From positions 14,670 to 78,669 of the forward strand of contig JAICWY010000003.1 in NCBI GenBank assembly GCA_025934645.1: a DNA stretch of 64,000 nucleotides, given 5' to 3'. Origin of the DNA: Candidatus Eremiobacteria bacterium. GTDB taxonomy: Bacteria; Vulcanimicrobiota; Vulcanimicrobiia; Vulcanimicrobiales; Vulcanimicrobiaceae. Position numbers and translations under genes: made by a program. Positions 8,854 to 18,938 of the stretch are shown piece after piece. The notes beneath the pieces were generated by a model. It did not search any database. It was not told the origin of the DNA and was given only the letters and a program-made list of their open reading frames with translations. Positions within the stretch are counted from its first letter, which is position 1; the number at the start of each line of letters is the position of its first letter.

Positions 8854-10268
8854 GTGCTTTGCACCGGCGCGGGGCGGCGCTCGTAGCGATCCGATTCGCG
8901 CGACGGACCGACCGTCATCATGAACACGTTGTACGCAAAAATCACGTGCGCCAGAAACATGAACAGTCCGGCGACGGCGCGTCCCGCCCAGTACGGCGCC
9001 GCTGCTTCAACCGAAGCGATAAACGGATCGCCGGCGGCCCACGCGAGGCCCTGTTCGGTGCCGCCTACTGAAAGAAACACAACGTACGCCGTTACGCCTA
9101 CCGTCGCAAGCCAGAAGTGAAGGCCGGTTGCGAGCACCGGCGGGCGTTTACCGGTGGCTCGCGGCAACAGCGCGTAGATCGCGCCCCATGCGATGAAGGT
9201 GATGAATCCGTACATCGTCGCGTGCGAGTGGCCGACGGTGTAATTCGTGAGATGCCAAATGGTCTGCAGACTGCGCAGTGCCTCTACCGTGCCTTGCGTC
9301 GAGCCGAGAAAATAATACGCGACTCCGACGACGATGAACGGCAGCGCGTACGAGCGGCGCACCGTTTCCCATTGCCAGCGCATCGTCAGAAAGAAATTTC
9401 CTGTTCCGGCCCACACCGGGACCAGCATACCTACGCTGAAGACGATTGCGAGGGTTTGAAACCACCACGGGAGCGGCGTGAACTCGTAGTGATGCGCGCC
9501 GATTACCGGATAGAAGAAGAGGTTGGTCCAGAATCCCAGCACGCCCAGAGCGTACGAATAGATCGGCCGGTTCAGCAATTTGGGCAGCGCGTAGTACGTC
9601 ACGCCCAGCGCCAGGAACGTAAACCACATGCCGACGGCGTTGTGCATGTAGAATGCTTGCACGGCGACTTGCCCCAGGCCGCGCTGATACACGGGAATAT
9701 AGGCCGTGATCCCTAGCAAGATCGTGAAGACGAACGCACCCAAAGTGTACCAGTTGGAAATGTAGATCTCGCGCTCGACGCGCTTTGCGACGGTGGTCAA
9801 GAGGGCGGTGAACGTAAAGATCACGGCGAGCAAAAACACGGCCGTCACCCACCACACCCACTCGCGATACTCTTGATCGCCGTTGTTGATCCCCATGTCC
9901 AGCGTGATCGTGCCGAGGATCGCCGCGATGTTGAAGAGCGCGAGACCTCCCCACGCGAACCGCTTGCCGGCAACCGGAATGCCGGACGTGCGTGAAGCGA
10001 CATAGAGCGCAGCGCCGCTCAACGCAACCGAAGCCCAGCCGTAAAACGCGTCGTTGGTGTGAATGGCGCGCAGACGCCCGAACGAAAGCGCGGGATTCGT
10101 CGCCCAATCGGGATAGGGAAACTTAAAACTCAGCAGCACGCCGACGGCGGTGCTGAACAGCAGCCACGCCGTCGCCGAAATTGTGAAAGTACTAAAGAGC
10201 GCGACGTCTTCAGGTTCGACGTTGTCGCGCAGGAGTTCCACGGAAACGCTCAAGCCGCAACCTCCCAC
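8850..10268 (-). CDS. ccoN: cbb3-type cytochrome c oxidase subunit I
   Basis: Polytopic haem-copper oxidase with the CcoN signatures FGRLRAIHTNDAFYGW, FYMHNAVGMWF, HHYEF and NYTVGHSHATMYGF. Confidence 0.9.
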   Translation of the reverse strand: MGGCGLSVSVELLRDNVEPEDVALFSTFTISATAWLLFSTAVGVLLSFKFPYPDWATNPALSFGRLRAIHTNDAFYGWASVALSGAALYVASRTSGIPVAGKRFAWGGLALFNIAAILGTITLDMGINNGDQEYREWVWWVTAVFLLAVIFTFTALLTTVAKRVEREIYISNWYTLGAFVFTILLGITAYIPVYQRGLGQVAVQAFYMHNAVGMWFTFLALGVTYYALPKLLNRPIYSYALGVLGFWTNLFFYPVIGAHHYEFTPLPWWFQTLAIVFSVGMLVPVWAGTGNFFLTMRWQWETVRRSYALPFIVVGVAYYFLGSTQGTVEALRSLQTIWHLTNYTVGHSHATMYGFITFIAWGAIYALLPRATGKRPPVLATGLHFWLATVGVTAYVVFLSVGGTEQGLAWAAGDPFIASVEAAAPYWAGRAVAGLFMFLAHVIFAYNVFMMTVGPSRESDRYERRPAPVQST

Positions 10269-10315
10269 AAGGCCGTACGGCTATCGCTTACCCGCCTTCG
10301 AGGAGGGCTAAGCGG

Positions 10316-10666
10316 CTATGGGTGCGTGTGTTTGCTCTTCGCGGGCTTCTTGGCCGATTGCAGCGCCCGCAGTTCCGCTTGAATCAGCAGCAATTGCTGT
10401 TGAATTTGGATCTGCTGCAGCACGAACAATTGGGAACTTACCGCACTTTGCGCTTGCATTTGCATGCTCTGCTGCTGAGTCTGGAGCGCGGACTGCTGCT
10501 GTTGAAGCTGCGACTCCAGACTTTGCTGGACGGCGCTCTGCACGATCTGTTGGTGCACCGCTTGCTGGATGGCCGCGTCGCGCGAACCCTGATCGGCGCG
10601 CGCTACAAGCGGCACTGCGAGTGCCGCAGCAGCCGCAATCGCGAGAAGGCGATTAGCGATCGCCAC
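10316..10666 (-). CDS. Secreted Gln-rich low-complexity protein (hypothetical)
   Basis: Signal peptide MAIANRLLAIAAAAALAVPLVARA/DQ. The mature part has about 29 Gln in about 91 residues (QLQQQQSALQTQQQSMQMQAQ...QQIQIQQQLLLIQ) and a basic tail KKPAKSKHTHP. The start overlaps the S1-gene stop by 14 nt. Confidence 0.55.
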   Translation of the reverse strand: MAIANRLLAIAAAAALAVPLVARADQGSRDAAIQQAVHQQIVQSAVQQSLESQLQQQQSALQTQQQSMQMQAQSAVSSQLFVLQQIQIQQQLLLIQAELRALQSAKKPAKSKHTHP

Positions 10667-11648
10667 CGAGCTCGACTCCGAGCGGCGCGAAGGAACCGGA
10701 TGAGAACGTCGCGGCGGAATGCGGCAAGCTCAGACGCAGTCTGCGGTTGCGGTAATCCACGGTGCGCACCGTCACTTCGACTTTCTCGCCGATCTCGTAA
10801 TCTTGAGGATTGGCGTCGCGCTCGCCGATCGTGCCGACGACGCCGTCTGCAAGCGCAACTTCCAGACGCGGCTCCTTCGAGACCACAGTACCTTCCACGG
10901 CTTTTCCTTGACGCAGCAGATCCGCGTGATCGCGCCACGGATCCGGCAGCGCGCCTTTGCGCGAGACGGCAATCTTCTTGCCGTTTTGTTCGACGCGCAG
11001 CACGCGCACTTTTAACTTCTCGCCGATGCTCACCACGTCGGCCGGTTTGTCGACGCGCTCGAAGGCCAGTTCGCTGGCCGGAATCAGCGCATCCACGCCG
11101 CCAAGATCCACGAACGCGCCGAAATCGGTTAGACGTGCGACGGTCGCATCGCGCTCCTCGCCGACTTTGAGCGAACGGATCAACTCGGTGCGCGCGCTGC
11201 GGCGTTCTTCTTGCTGCGCGCGGCGGTGCGAGACGACGACGCGTTTGCGCTGCTCATCGACGTCGATCACTTTGAGCGCCAACGTTTCGTTCACCAGACC
11301 TTCGACCGGCGCGCCTTTTGCAACGCCCGCCTGCGAGGCCGGCAGAAATCCGCGATAGCCGTCGATGTCGACGAGCAGCCCGCCCTTGACGGCCGATTTT
11401 ACCTTCGCCTGGATCGTCTCGCCGGAGCTCTTCGCATCGACGAGCCGTTGCCACGCGGCCTGCGCGCGTTCGCGTCCCGGATTCGCCTTCGCCGGCTCTG
11501 CGTCTACCGCAGGTTCGGGCTGAGCAGCTTCCGGCTGCGCGGCTTCTGCCTGCGCGGCTTCCGGCTGCGCAGTCTCCTCTGCTTGCGGCGCTTCGGGCTC
11601 GGCTTGGGGAACGTGCGTGGTTTCGTCGAGGTGGGACTGTTCGTTCAT
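10653..11648 (-). CDS. S1 RNA-binding domain protein (three S1 repeats, acidic Pro/Glu/Ala N-terminus)
   Basis: S1 motifs GETIQAKVKSAVKGGLLVDIDGYRGFLPASQ, GEERDATVARLTDFGAFVDLGGVDALIPASE and GKAVEGTVVS... Start chosen at ATG 11648 (MNEQSHL), preceded by an AGGA box. Confidence 0.85.
   Translation of the reverse strand: MNEQSHLDETTHVPQAEPEAPQAEETAQPEAAQAEAAQPEAAQPEPAVDAEPAKANPGRERAQAAWQRLVDAKSSGETIQAKVKSAVKGGLLVDIDGYRGFLPASQAGVAKGAPVEGLVNETLALKVIDVDEQRKRVVVSHRRAQQEERRSARTELIRSLKVGEERDATVARLTDFGAFVDLGGVDALIPASELAFERVDKPADVVSIGEKLKVRVLRVEQNGKKIAVSRKGALPDPWRDHADLLRQGKAVEGTVVSKEPRLEVALADGVVGTIGERDANPQDYEIGEKVEVTVRTVDYRNRRLRLSLPHSAATFSSGSFAPLGVELGGDR
11527..11571. repeat. 3 x 15-nt in-frame tandem repeat inside the S1 gene
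   Basis: The units gcttccggctgcgcg / gcttctgcctgcgcg / gcttccggctgcgca encode the AQPEA/AQAEA repeats of the acidic N-terminus. Confidence 0.8.
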
Positions 11649-11849
11649 GTCTGTCCTACGATTCGCGCTGCGGGTGGGGCACCACTTGCAGGTCAAGCGC
11701 GTCTTTCAAAAACTTCGTGACCGGAGCGCGGATGGCGACTTTTATCGAAGCCGGCCCCGGCCGGCGGTCTGAAATGCTGCCTACGGGCCAAACGTCCCTG
11801 TGGGCCCTCTCACAATGATATCCATCAACACCGATACAAAGAAAGAACG

Positions 11850-12530
11850 ATGCTGTCCGATCTGCTGACTTGGTTTGCGGGCAAGCCTGAGAACCGCCGG
11901 CGTTATCCGCGCCGGACCGGTGGGTTCCGTGCGTGGTTCGCGGCGGGCTCGGGATGGACCGCATTGACAGGCGTGGACATCTCGGCGAGCGGCATGGGGC
12001 TGATCTCGACGGCGAAGTTCGACAAGGACGAGATCAATTTTCGCGTGCAAGTGGAAGACCGCGCGATTCTCGTGCGCGCCAAGCAGATCTGGTGCGTACC
12101 CGGCACGCTGCAAGGGCGGCCCGTCTACCGCTACGGCGTGCAGTATACCGGCATCGGGGCCGACGACTGGGATGCGCTGGTCCGTTTCTGCAATAACGAA
12201 GCGGTCGCCGTCGAAAACAAAGCGCAAAAAGAACTCGAGCTCGTGCGCATGCAAGCCGACGATGTTGCGCGGCTGATTCCGACGCGGCTCCAAGAACGCT
12301 TGCTGCAAATGCTCGTGCAGAGCCGCCGGCTCGCTCCCATCGAGAAAGATAAAATACCGCTGGTTCAGTATTTCTACGGCGGTACTGTGAAGCGCGGCAG
12401 CCGCGTCATGCATCGCCTCAGCATCCACTCGCGCGTGAACGACGCCGTCACGGGTGAGCCGATGTCGTACGACACGCGGTTTTTGTTCGATGAGAGCGGC
12501 ACCGATATCGAGATGGAAGGCAGCTCGTAA
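11850..12530 (+). CDS. PilZ domain protein (putative c-di-GMP receptor)
   Basis: The two PilZ signature elements sit near the N-terminus: ENRRRYPRR (RxxxR) and DISASGMGL (D/NxSxxG). The C-terminal roughly 100 aa is unassigned. Confidence 0.7.
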   Translation: MLSDLLTWFAGKPENRRRYPRRTGGFRAWFAAGSGWTALTGVDISASGMGLISTAKFDKDEINFRVQVEDRAILVRAKQIWCVPGTLQGRPVYRYGVQYTGIGADDWDALVRFCNNEAVAVENKAQKELELVRMQADDVARLIPTRLQERLLQMLVQSRRLAPIEKDKIPLVQYFYGGTVKRGSRVMHRLSIHSRVNDAVTGEPMSYDTRFLFDESGTDIEMEGSS

Positions 12531-12531
12531 C

Positions 12532-12948
12532 GTGAAGCACGACGTCACACCCGAAATTACCAAACCGGAAGCGGAATGGCGCGCCGAACTCGGACCGGAT
12601 CGCTATCGCATTCTGCGCGAAGCCGGCACCGAAGCGCCGTTCACCGGAAATCTTCTCGAAGAGCGCGGCGAAGGAACGTTCACTTGCGGCGCCTGCGGCG
12701 CGCCGCTCTTCGAATCGGACTCAAAGTTCGAATCGCACTGCGGCTGGCCGAGTTTCACGCACCCCGATCAGCAGCAAAACGTGCGGCTCCTGGAAGACTT
12801 CAGCCACGGCATGCACCGCATCGAAGTGCGCTGTAAGCGCTGCGATTCACACCTGGGTCACGTCTTCGAGGACGGCCCGCAGCCGCGCGGCACGCGCTAC
12901 TGCATCAACTCGCTCTCGTTGAAATTCGAGCCGAAGACGCGCGCGTGA
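12532..12948 (+). CDS. msrB: Peptide-methionine (R)-S-oxide reductase
   Basis: Zn CxxC pairs ([25 protein letters not shown]), plus GWPSF and RYCINS with the catalytic Cys. GTG start 1 nt after the PilZ stop. Confidence 0.9.
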   Translation: MKHDVTPEITKPEAEWRAELGPDRYRILREAGTEAPFTGNLLEERGEGTFTCGACGAPLFESDSKFESHCGWPSFTHPDQQQNVRLLEDFSHGMHRIEVRCKRCDSHLGHVFEDGPQPRGTRYCINSLSLKFEPKTRA

Positions 12949-13709
12949 GCGCGCCCGTCTCTATCGCGGGACGCCGCCTGGACGTCGCTTACGCTGCGCC
13001 TGCACGAGACGGTGCGCCGGTGCTCGTCTTTTTGCACGAAGGGCTGGGTTCGCTCGGACTTTGGAAAGACGTTCCCGATGAACTCGCGCGCGCGACGGGT
13101 TGCGGCACGCTTGTCTATTCGCGGTACGGCAATGGCTTCTCGGACGTGCTGGCAGCCGCGCGCGGCGTTTCCTACATGCACGACGAAGCGCACATCTTGC
13201 CCGAGTTGCTCGATGCGTTCGATATTCGCGACGCGGTGCTGATCGGTCAAAGCGACGGCGCATCGATCGCGCTCATCTATGCGGGCGAAAATGGCGATCG
13301 TCTGCGCGGCGTGGTTGCCGAGGCGCCTCACGTGTTCGTGGAAGACCTTTCCGTACGCAGTATCGCCGCGGCTAAGGCTTCGTACGAATCTACGGACTTA
13401 CGGGAGCGTCTTGCGCGCCATCACGCCGACGCCGATCGCACGTTCTACGGCTGGAACGACATCTGGCTGCATCCGGCGTTCCGCGAGTGGAATATCGAAG
13501 ATGCGGTCGCGCAGGTACGCGCGCCGCTGCTGCTCATCCAGGGCCAGGACGACGAGTACGGCTCGCCGGCTCAACTCGAGGCCATTCGGGCGCGCGCAAC
13601 TCGAGCGCCCGTCGACTCACTGCTTCTTGCGGGCTGCGGGCACGCGCCGCATCGCGATCGCCGCACAATCGTGCTGGCCGCAATCGCCGGCTTCGTTCGA
13701 GCGCTTTAA
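12945..13709 (+). CDS. Alpha/beta-fold hydrolase
   Basis: [12 protein letters not shown] oxyanion region and nucleophile elbow [12 protein letters not shown] (GxSxG). GTG start overlaps the msrB stop. Confidence 0.8.
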   Translation: MSAPVSIAGRRLDVAYAAPARDGAPVLVFLHEGLGSLGLWKDVPDELARATGCGTLVYSRYGNGFSDVLAAARGVSYMHDEAHILPELLDAFDIRDAVLIGQSDGASIALIYAGENGDRLRGVVAEAPHVFVEDLSVRSIAAAKASYESTDLRERLARHHADADRTFYGWNDIWLHPAFREWNIEDAVAQVRAPLLLIQGQDDEYGSPAQLEAIRARATRAPVDSLLLAGCGHAPHRDRRTIVLAAIAGFVRAL

Positions 13710-16501
13710 AAGCGCTGCTCGATCTGAAAGCGCAGAACAGCCGGCCCGTACGGTACGATGCTGCGCAGGCCGGTCTGACCGGTGATGAGCGGCGCTCCCA
13801 AGCCCGCGCCGTATTGTAAGTACGGCTGAGCGTAGGCCCCTAGCAGATTGTCTGCAGAGAGCTGCACCGATGTGCGCTCCGCCACGCGCATCCGGTACAC
13901 CGCATTCATTACGAAGAACGCCGGGACGTTGTACGTGTTGTTCGCGCCGTAATACGTTGCGCCGAGCTCGAAATATTGTCCGTGCGCGTACCGGTCGTGC
14001 AGCTGTGCGTAGCCTTGCGAATACGCTTCCGATTTGTTTGAGATGCCGTTGAAGAACGGCTTGTTGTCGCCGGTGTAGTTGATGCCGGGGACTACTCCGA
14101 TGTTCGTGGTATCCGGTCCCGCGGCCGTCGCATAAAACGAGGGATCGATGCCGTAGGCGTACGCGCGCTGCAGTGCGCCGCCGATTGCGTAGCCTACGCC
14201 CACCGGAACGTCCTTGGAAAGCATCAGCTGCACGCCTTCGAAACGTGCTTTCCCGAGATTCGCATTGGTGCTGGCGAACACCGGAATGGATGCCGTGGAA
14301 CCCGGCGGCGTGAAACTGCCCGACGGAGTGACCGTGCCGACGAACTGATTGCGCAGATCCGTAAGGTATGCGTCGGCAGAGAGTACCGCGCCGCTGGAAA
14401 GACGGAAATCGCCGCCGGCATCGTAGCCGAACGACGTTTCGGGCGCAAGGCCGCCGGAGTTCTGCGCGATCGTCACCGTCGTCGCTCCGGGAGTGTACAC
14501 TTGTTCCGGCGTTTGGTTCGGCGTATCGAGCAACTGTGGATATGGCGGCGCCACCGCAGAGCCGGCCGTGAAGCGCAGCGATACGTTGCCGGCCGGATGG
14601 AAGGCGACGCCGATGCGCGGATCGTCGTGTACGCGTGTCACCGTTTGAAACGCGAAGCTGCCATCCGGATTCTTTCCCGATGTGAATGCGCTGCGGTAAA
14701 TATTGTAGTAATTCGAGAGCGTCAGCTCCGTGCGGGGATCGATCTGCCAAATGCCGCGCAGCAAATAGGTTGAGAAGTCTTGCCGCGAACCGCCCGGAAT
14801 CGCGACGCTCAAATGTCCTTGCGGGTTTGTTTTGCTGCCCGTTATCGTGTAGGCATTCGTGAGCATCGTGGTGCGGTCGAACGAAAACGTCAACAGATTT
14901 GCTGCGATAGGGTGGTCGTACTCGAACGACTCGCCGCGCAGCTGGTCCTGCTCCACTTGCTGGAAGTACGGCGTAGGAATTGTGACGCTCGCGCTCTGTC
15001 CGTCGAACGTCACCGGTTGGCCGCCGATCGTCGCGGTACCGTACAGCGTCATCGGGCCGGCTGTGTAGTTTGCTTGCGGATTGTCGAGCGGATTGACCGT
15101 GAAGCGGTCCAGCGCCGCGCCGTAAAAGCGTGCGACAACACTATCGTCGTGGTATGCAGTTCGCAGCTCTGCTTCGAGCACGGGTTCGCTATCGATCAAC
15201 CGCCGGCTGGGAATCTGCGTTGCACTGTTGAGCAGCAGCGGCTGATCCGCAACCGGGCCGCCCGCCGGATTTCCATAGGTTGCCGCAGGCGCGAAAGTGG
15301 AAAACAGTTGTGCGAATCCCGAGGCAGTGTTGTCGTATTGCGATTGTAGGCCGATAAACGCGAGCGTTGCCGATGTCGCAGGCGAGAACGCGTAACGCAA
15401 TTTCGCCAGTTCGCCGCGGTTCAGATACGAAGAATTTACGGCTTGGCAGCAGGCAACGAGCGTGACGTACGCGTTTGACGGGTTGCCCACCGCGTTCGGT
15501 ACGGGATACGGTCCGGCCGCACCGTTCACCGGTTTGGACGATGTCGTTCCTGACGGAACGCCGTAACCCGCGACCGTGCTGCCCGGCGGAAGCGTTACCT
15601 TCGATTGATAATTGTCGAGCGGGCCGCGCGTGCCCGAAGCGGTGTAGTCGAAGATGTAACCCAGTTTGCCGTTTCGCGATGTTCCCGAATACCGGAAGTT
15701 GGAGTACGCTCCGCCATAGCCGTCAATGCCGAGCAGCAGTTGGCCTTGCGTCTCACGCGCCGGTTCGGCGGTGCGGAAATTCAACGTGCCGCCGATGCCG
15801 TAGTTGATCGACGGCGCACTTGCGGCGGGGCCTTCAGTGACCTCGATGCCGTCGAGCAGGAAGCTGTTCACGAACATCACGGGATAATCGCCGAAACGCC
15901 CGTTGATGAGCGGATGTCCGTCGAGCAGCGTTTCTTTTTCATAATCCAGCGCGCCGCGCATATTCGGTGAGGTGATCGCGCCCGGCACCGCCGCGTTCGT
16001 GCCGCCGCTGCGAGCTGAAACGACGCCGGGTACTCGATCCAGTTCATGGTTGACTTGCACGACCTGCGCCGACTGCTGCAAACGCGATGCGCTCAGAAAC
16101 GTTTGCGCCGCTTCGCTGGAGTTGAATGCGCCGTGCGCCGAGACGACGGCATGCGCGATCTGCCGGATGCTCGAGAGGCTGGCCTGTTCGAGCGTGATGG
16201 CGAGCGCGACGGGAGTATTCGAGACCGCGATCGCGCTCACGCCGCCGGGATCGTATCCGCCTTTATTGGCGGTGACGGCGTATGTTCCGGGCGGTAAACC
16301 CGTGAAGCGGAAGGCGCCGGTATTGTCCGTGGCGATCGAGACGCGCCGCGGTCCGCTCAGCAGCACGGTTGCGCCTGCGATCGGCGCACCGGCGGCGTCG
16401 CGCACGCTTCCCGAAATGCTTCCCGCATCTTGCGCGAGCGCGGGGATGCAGCAACTCAATACGAAGGCAAAGCCCAGAAAAGCCCGTAGTACCGACTGCA
16501 T
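13706..16501 (-). CDS. Outer-membrane TonB-dependent-receptor-like protein with N-terminal carboxypeptidase-regulatory-like domain
   Basis: Signal peptide MQSVLRAFLGFAFVLSCCIPALAQ. CarboxypepD_reg motif GSVRDAAGAPIAGATVLL...TDNTGAFRFTGLPPGTYAV. Plug-like region (VVSARSGG...PNMRGA). Long beta-rich body ending in ..LRFQIEQRF (terminal Phe). Confidence 0.8.
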   Translation of the reverse strand: MQSVLRAFLGFAFVLSCCIPALAQDAGSISGSVRDAAGAPIAGATVLLSGPRRVSIATDNTGAFRFTGLPPGTYAVTANKGGYDPGGVSAIAVSNTPVALAITLEQASLSSIRQIAHAVVSAHGAFNSSEAAQTFLSASRLQQSAQVVQVNHELDRVPGVVSARSGGTNAAVPGAITSPNMRGALDYEKETLLDGHPLINGRFGDYPVMFVNSFLLDGIEVTEGPAASAPSINYGIGGTLNFRTAEPARETQGQLLLGIDGYGGAYSNFRYSGTSRNGKLGYIFDYTASGTRGPLDNYQSKVTLPPGSTVAGYGVPSGTTSSKPVNGAAGPYPVPNAVGNPSNAYVTLVACCQAVNSSYLNRGELAKLRYAFSPATSATLAFIGLQSQYDNTASGFAQLFSTFAPAATYGNPAGGPVADQPLLLNSATQIPSRRLIDSEPVLEAELRTAYHDDSVVARFYGAALDRFTVNPLDNPQANYTAGPMTLYGTATIGGQPVTFDGQSASVTIPTPYFQQVEQDQLRGESFEYDHPIAANLLTFSFDRTTMLTNAYTITGSKTNPQGHLSVAIPGGSRQDFSTYLLRGIWQIDPRTELTLSNYYNIYRSAFTSGKNPDGSFAFQTVTRVHDDPRIGVAFHPAGNVSLRFTAGSAVAPPYPQLLDTPNQTPEQVYTPGATTVTIAQNSGGLAPETSFGYDAGGDFRLSSGAVLSADAYLTDLRNQFVGTVTPSGSFTPPGSTASIPVFASTNANLGKARFEGVQLMLSKDVPVGVGYAIGGALQRAYAYGIDPSFYATAAGPDTTNIGVVPGINYTGDNKPFFNGISNKSEAYSQGYAQLHDRYAHGQYFELGATYYGANNTYNVPAFFVMNAVYRMRVAERTSVQLSADNLLGAYAQPYLQYGAGLGAPLITGQTGLRSIVPYGPAVLRFQIEQRF

Positions 16502-18929
16502 GCCCGTGGAGTCCCTATTCTTTCTAAAGCGCGCGTATGTGTTATGCCTGCTCGCATGTAGCATTGTTTGCTTAATCGTTCCTGTGTGCGGCTCCCGCGC
16601 GCGGGCGGCTGAGACCGCGGTAACGGGGCGCATTGTATCGGCAGGGGGAAGAGCCGTAGCGGGTGCGATCGTAAAGCTCGACGGTCCGGTGCACGAGCGT
16701 TTTCGCACCGGGCGCGATGGCGCTTTCGTGTTTTTGCGGCCGCCCGTCGAGCCCGGCGATTACGCGCTCGCCATTACTGCAGCCGGGTATGCGCGCTTGT
16801 CCCGCGCTCATCTGGCGGTAGGCGATGCGGCGCTCGATCTAGGCGTATTGACGCTCTCACCGTCGCTTACGTCGCTCAAAGTGATCGGCTCCGCTGTCGC
16901 GCGCGAGCGTCTTCCGTTCAACACGACGCCGGCTGCACTCAAAGTATTTCCGCGTGAAGCGTACCGGGATCAGGGTCAAGCAGCGCTCTCCACGGTTCTG
17001 AACCAAACGCCGGGCGTGAACGCCGTTCGCGCCGGCGACGTAAATGCGGCGCAGCCGCAAGCGCCGTACACCGCATCGATTCGCGGCGGTCTCCCCTTTG
17101 AAACCGCCTTGTTGATCGACGGCAATCCGGTCGCTTTACCCGGCAGCGGAAGCTTCGATCTTGCGTTCGTGCCGTCGTTCGTGTTGCAAGACGTCGAAGT
17201 CCTCAAAGGCTATGGCAGTGCCGAGTCCGCCATTCCGGGCGCGGTCGACGGCGTCCTGAATTTGCGCACGGCCGATCCGGGCTCGCTGCGCAAAGCGCTG
17301 TTGGAAGTGGAGACGGACACGCGCGGCGGGCAATTCAGCGATTTCTCGTACGGCGGTGCCGCCGGCCGCTTTGCGTTCACGACCATGCTTGCGGTGGACG
17401 GCAATCCGGGGCCAAAGACGGGCTTTGGGGCCGCAGGCGCAGCGCTGCAGCGCGCGCAGCTGCTGAAGATCAAGTACGAGCTTTCGCCCGCGGTAAGCGC
17501 GACCGCAAGTTATCTCGGATCGCAAGGCGTCGCCGGTATGGGAGTTGCGCGCGGTTTTCGCACGAGCGGCGGTTTTGCGTCCTTCGCCGGATCGCAGGAT
17601 GCGCAGGCGTCTCACCGTTTCGGCTTGTACTCGCTCGAACTCGATGCGGACAGCGGCGCCGATCATTTCAGCGGACGCATGTACGGCATGCAATTACAGC
17701 GCACCGGGGCGTACGATCCGCTTGCATTCCCCGGGTTTGCTGCGGGCATCGACGCACTCGATAGCGCGGTCGGATTCTCGCTGCAAGACGACCATCAAAT
17801 CGCCGGAAATCTTTATCAGATCGAGCTCTCGCACCGCAACGGCTTTACGGAAGCCGCAGGGCTTATTGCACCGGGGGCGCGCAGCGATCAAACGGTGCTG
17901 CGCGGAGCCGCGATTTTACATCCGTCCTCGGCTCTCGATCTGCAATTTGCCGCTGCTGCGCTGGGAATGCGCGAACGCTACAGCGACAACGGCGGTGCGA
18001 GCTTTCGCGACGCGACGGTTTGGACGCCGGTGATTCACGCGGGCGCCGCGCTCCACGTACGCTCGAATCTTACTGTGCGGGTTGCGGCCGGCAGCGGTGC
18101 AGCGGCTCCTCCGGCCGCCGCGCTCAACGTCGATCCGTCGCGGATCTTCGCGCAACAGCCGGTGGGATTACCGACCTATACGCTTACGCGCACGTCTTCA
18201 TCGCTCTCGCCCGAAACGTCTTTCGGGTACGACGCGGGGCTGGAATACCGCCTGCACGGGGATACGACGACACTTTCCACCGACGCGTATCGCGTGGTCA
18301 CGCACGGCGCGTATGTGGACGGCAGCAGTGCCGCGCCGAACGTGGCGTATCGCTGGTTCGGCGGTCCGCCGATGATCCACGAAGGCATCGAGCTCTCTTT
18401 GCAACAGTTCAAGCGCGCCGGTCTCGGTTTTATCGCGCAGGCCGCGTTCGCACGCACGTATGTTCAAAACGTTCCGCCCGGATTTTATGACGGCTTCTCA
18501 AACCTTGCGGTCATTCCGGGTCAGAATCTCTCGGGCGGATCCCCACTGATTTCCGGCGCGAATGACATCGCGCAGACGCGCGTGCCCTACGCGCAAGGCT
18601 ACGGTGAGATCAGCTATAAATGGCCGCGCGGCTCGCGCTTGTCGCTCGGCGCTCTCTACTACGGCGCGAACAATCCATTCTACGAACCGGCGTTCGCGGA
18701 GCTCAATTCGAATCTCGAATTATCCGTGGGAGCGCTCTCGAAATTTCAAATCTCCGTCGAGAATCTCACCGGCGCTTTCGGCGGTGCGCTCCCGGCCGGG
18801 TACACCGGCATCCCCGTCCGCTTGGCGGACGGCAGCTACGCTCCCGCGAACGCCGGCATTCTCGCGCCGCGCACGTTTCGCATCATGTTCCGCCAATCGA
18901 TCGGGCCGGGCACGCTTTACGAACGGTAG
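16500..18929 (+). CDS. Second CarboxypepD_reg / TonB-dependent-receptor-like outer-membrane protein (paralogue)
   Basis: MPVESLFFLKRAYVLCLLACSIVCLIVPVCGSRARA/AE signal. GRIVSAGGRAVAGAIVKLDG...GRDGAFVF...PGDYAL. Plug-like IRGGLPFETALLIDGNPV. The first 176 codons of the track ORF (15972-) are antisense to the neighbour and were removed. GTG 16539 is an alternative start. Confidence 0.75.
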   Translation: MPVESLFFLKRAYVLCLLACSIVCLIVPVCGSRARAAETAVTGRIVSAGGRAVAGAIVKLDGPVHERFRTGRDGAFVFLRPPVEPGDYALAITAAGYARLSRAHLAVGDAALDLGVLTLSPSLTSLKVIGSAVARERLPFNTTPAALKVFPREAYRDQGQAALSTVLNQTPGVNAVRAGDVNAAQPQAPYTASIRGGLPFETALLIDGNPVALPGSGSFDLAFVPSFVLQDVEVLKGYGSAESAIPGAVDGVLNLRTADPGSLRKALLEVETDTRGGQFSDFSYGGAAGRFAFTTMLAVDGNPGPKTGFGAAGAALQRAQLLKIKYELSPAVSATASYLGSQGVAGMGVARGFRTSGGFASFAGSQDAQASHRFGLYSLELDADSGADHFSGRMYGMQLQRTGAYDPLAFPGFAAGIDALDSAVGFSLQDDHQIAGNLYQIELSHRNGFTEAAGLIAPGARSDQTVLRGAAILHPSSALDLQFAAAALGMRERYSDNGGASFRDATVWTPVIHAGAALHVRSNLTVRVAAGSGAAAPPAAALNVDPSRIFAQQPVGLPTYTLTRTSSSLSPETSFGYDAGLEYRLHGDTTTLSTDAYRVVTHGAYVDGSSAAPNVAYRWFGGPPMIHEGIELSLQQFKRAGLGFIAQAAFARTYVQNVPPGFYDGFSNLAVIPGQNLSGGSPLISGANDIAQTRVPYAQGYGEISYKWPRGSRLSLGALYYGANNPFYEPAFAELNSNLELSVGALSKFQISVENLTGAFGGALPAGYTGIPVRLADGSYAPANAGILAPRTFRIMFRQSIGPGTLYER

Positions 18930-18938
18930 GTGCGATCT

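Noticed and set aside
11527-11571. Short tandem repeat considered as a possible CRISPR or VNTR-like array
   Set aside because: It has only three 15-nt units with no spacers. It is in frame and encodes the acidic AQPEA repeats of the S1-domain protein.
15972-16499. The N-terminal 176 codons of the 985-aa ORF 15972-18929
   Set aside because: This part runs antisense through the 5' end of the neighbouring receptor gene and has no protein-like features. A proper signal peptide begins at ATG 16500.
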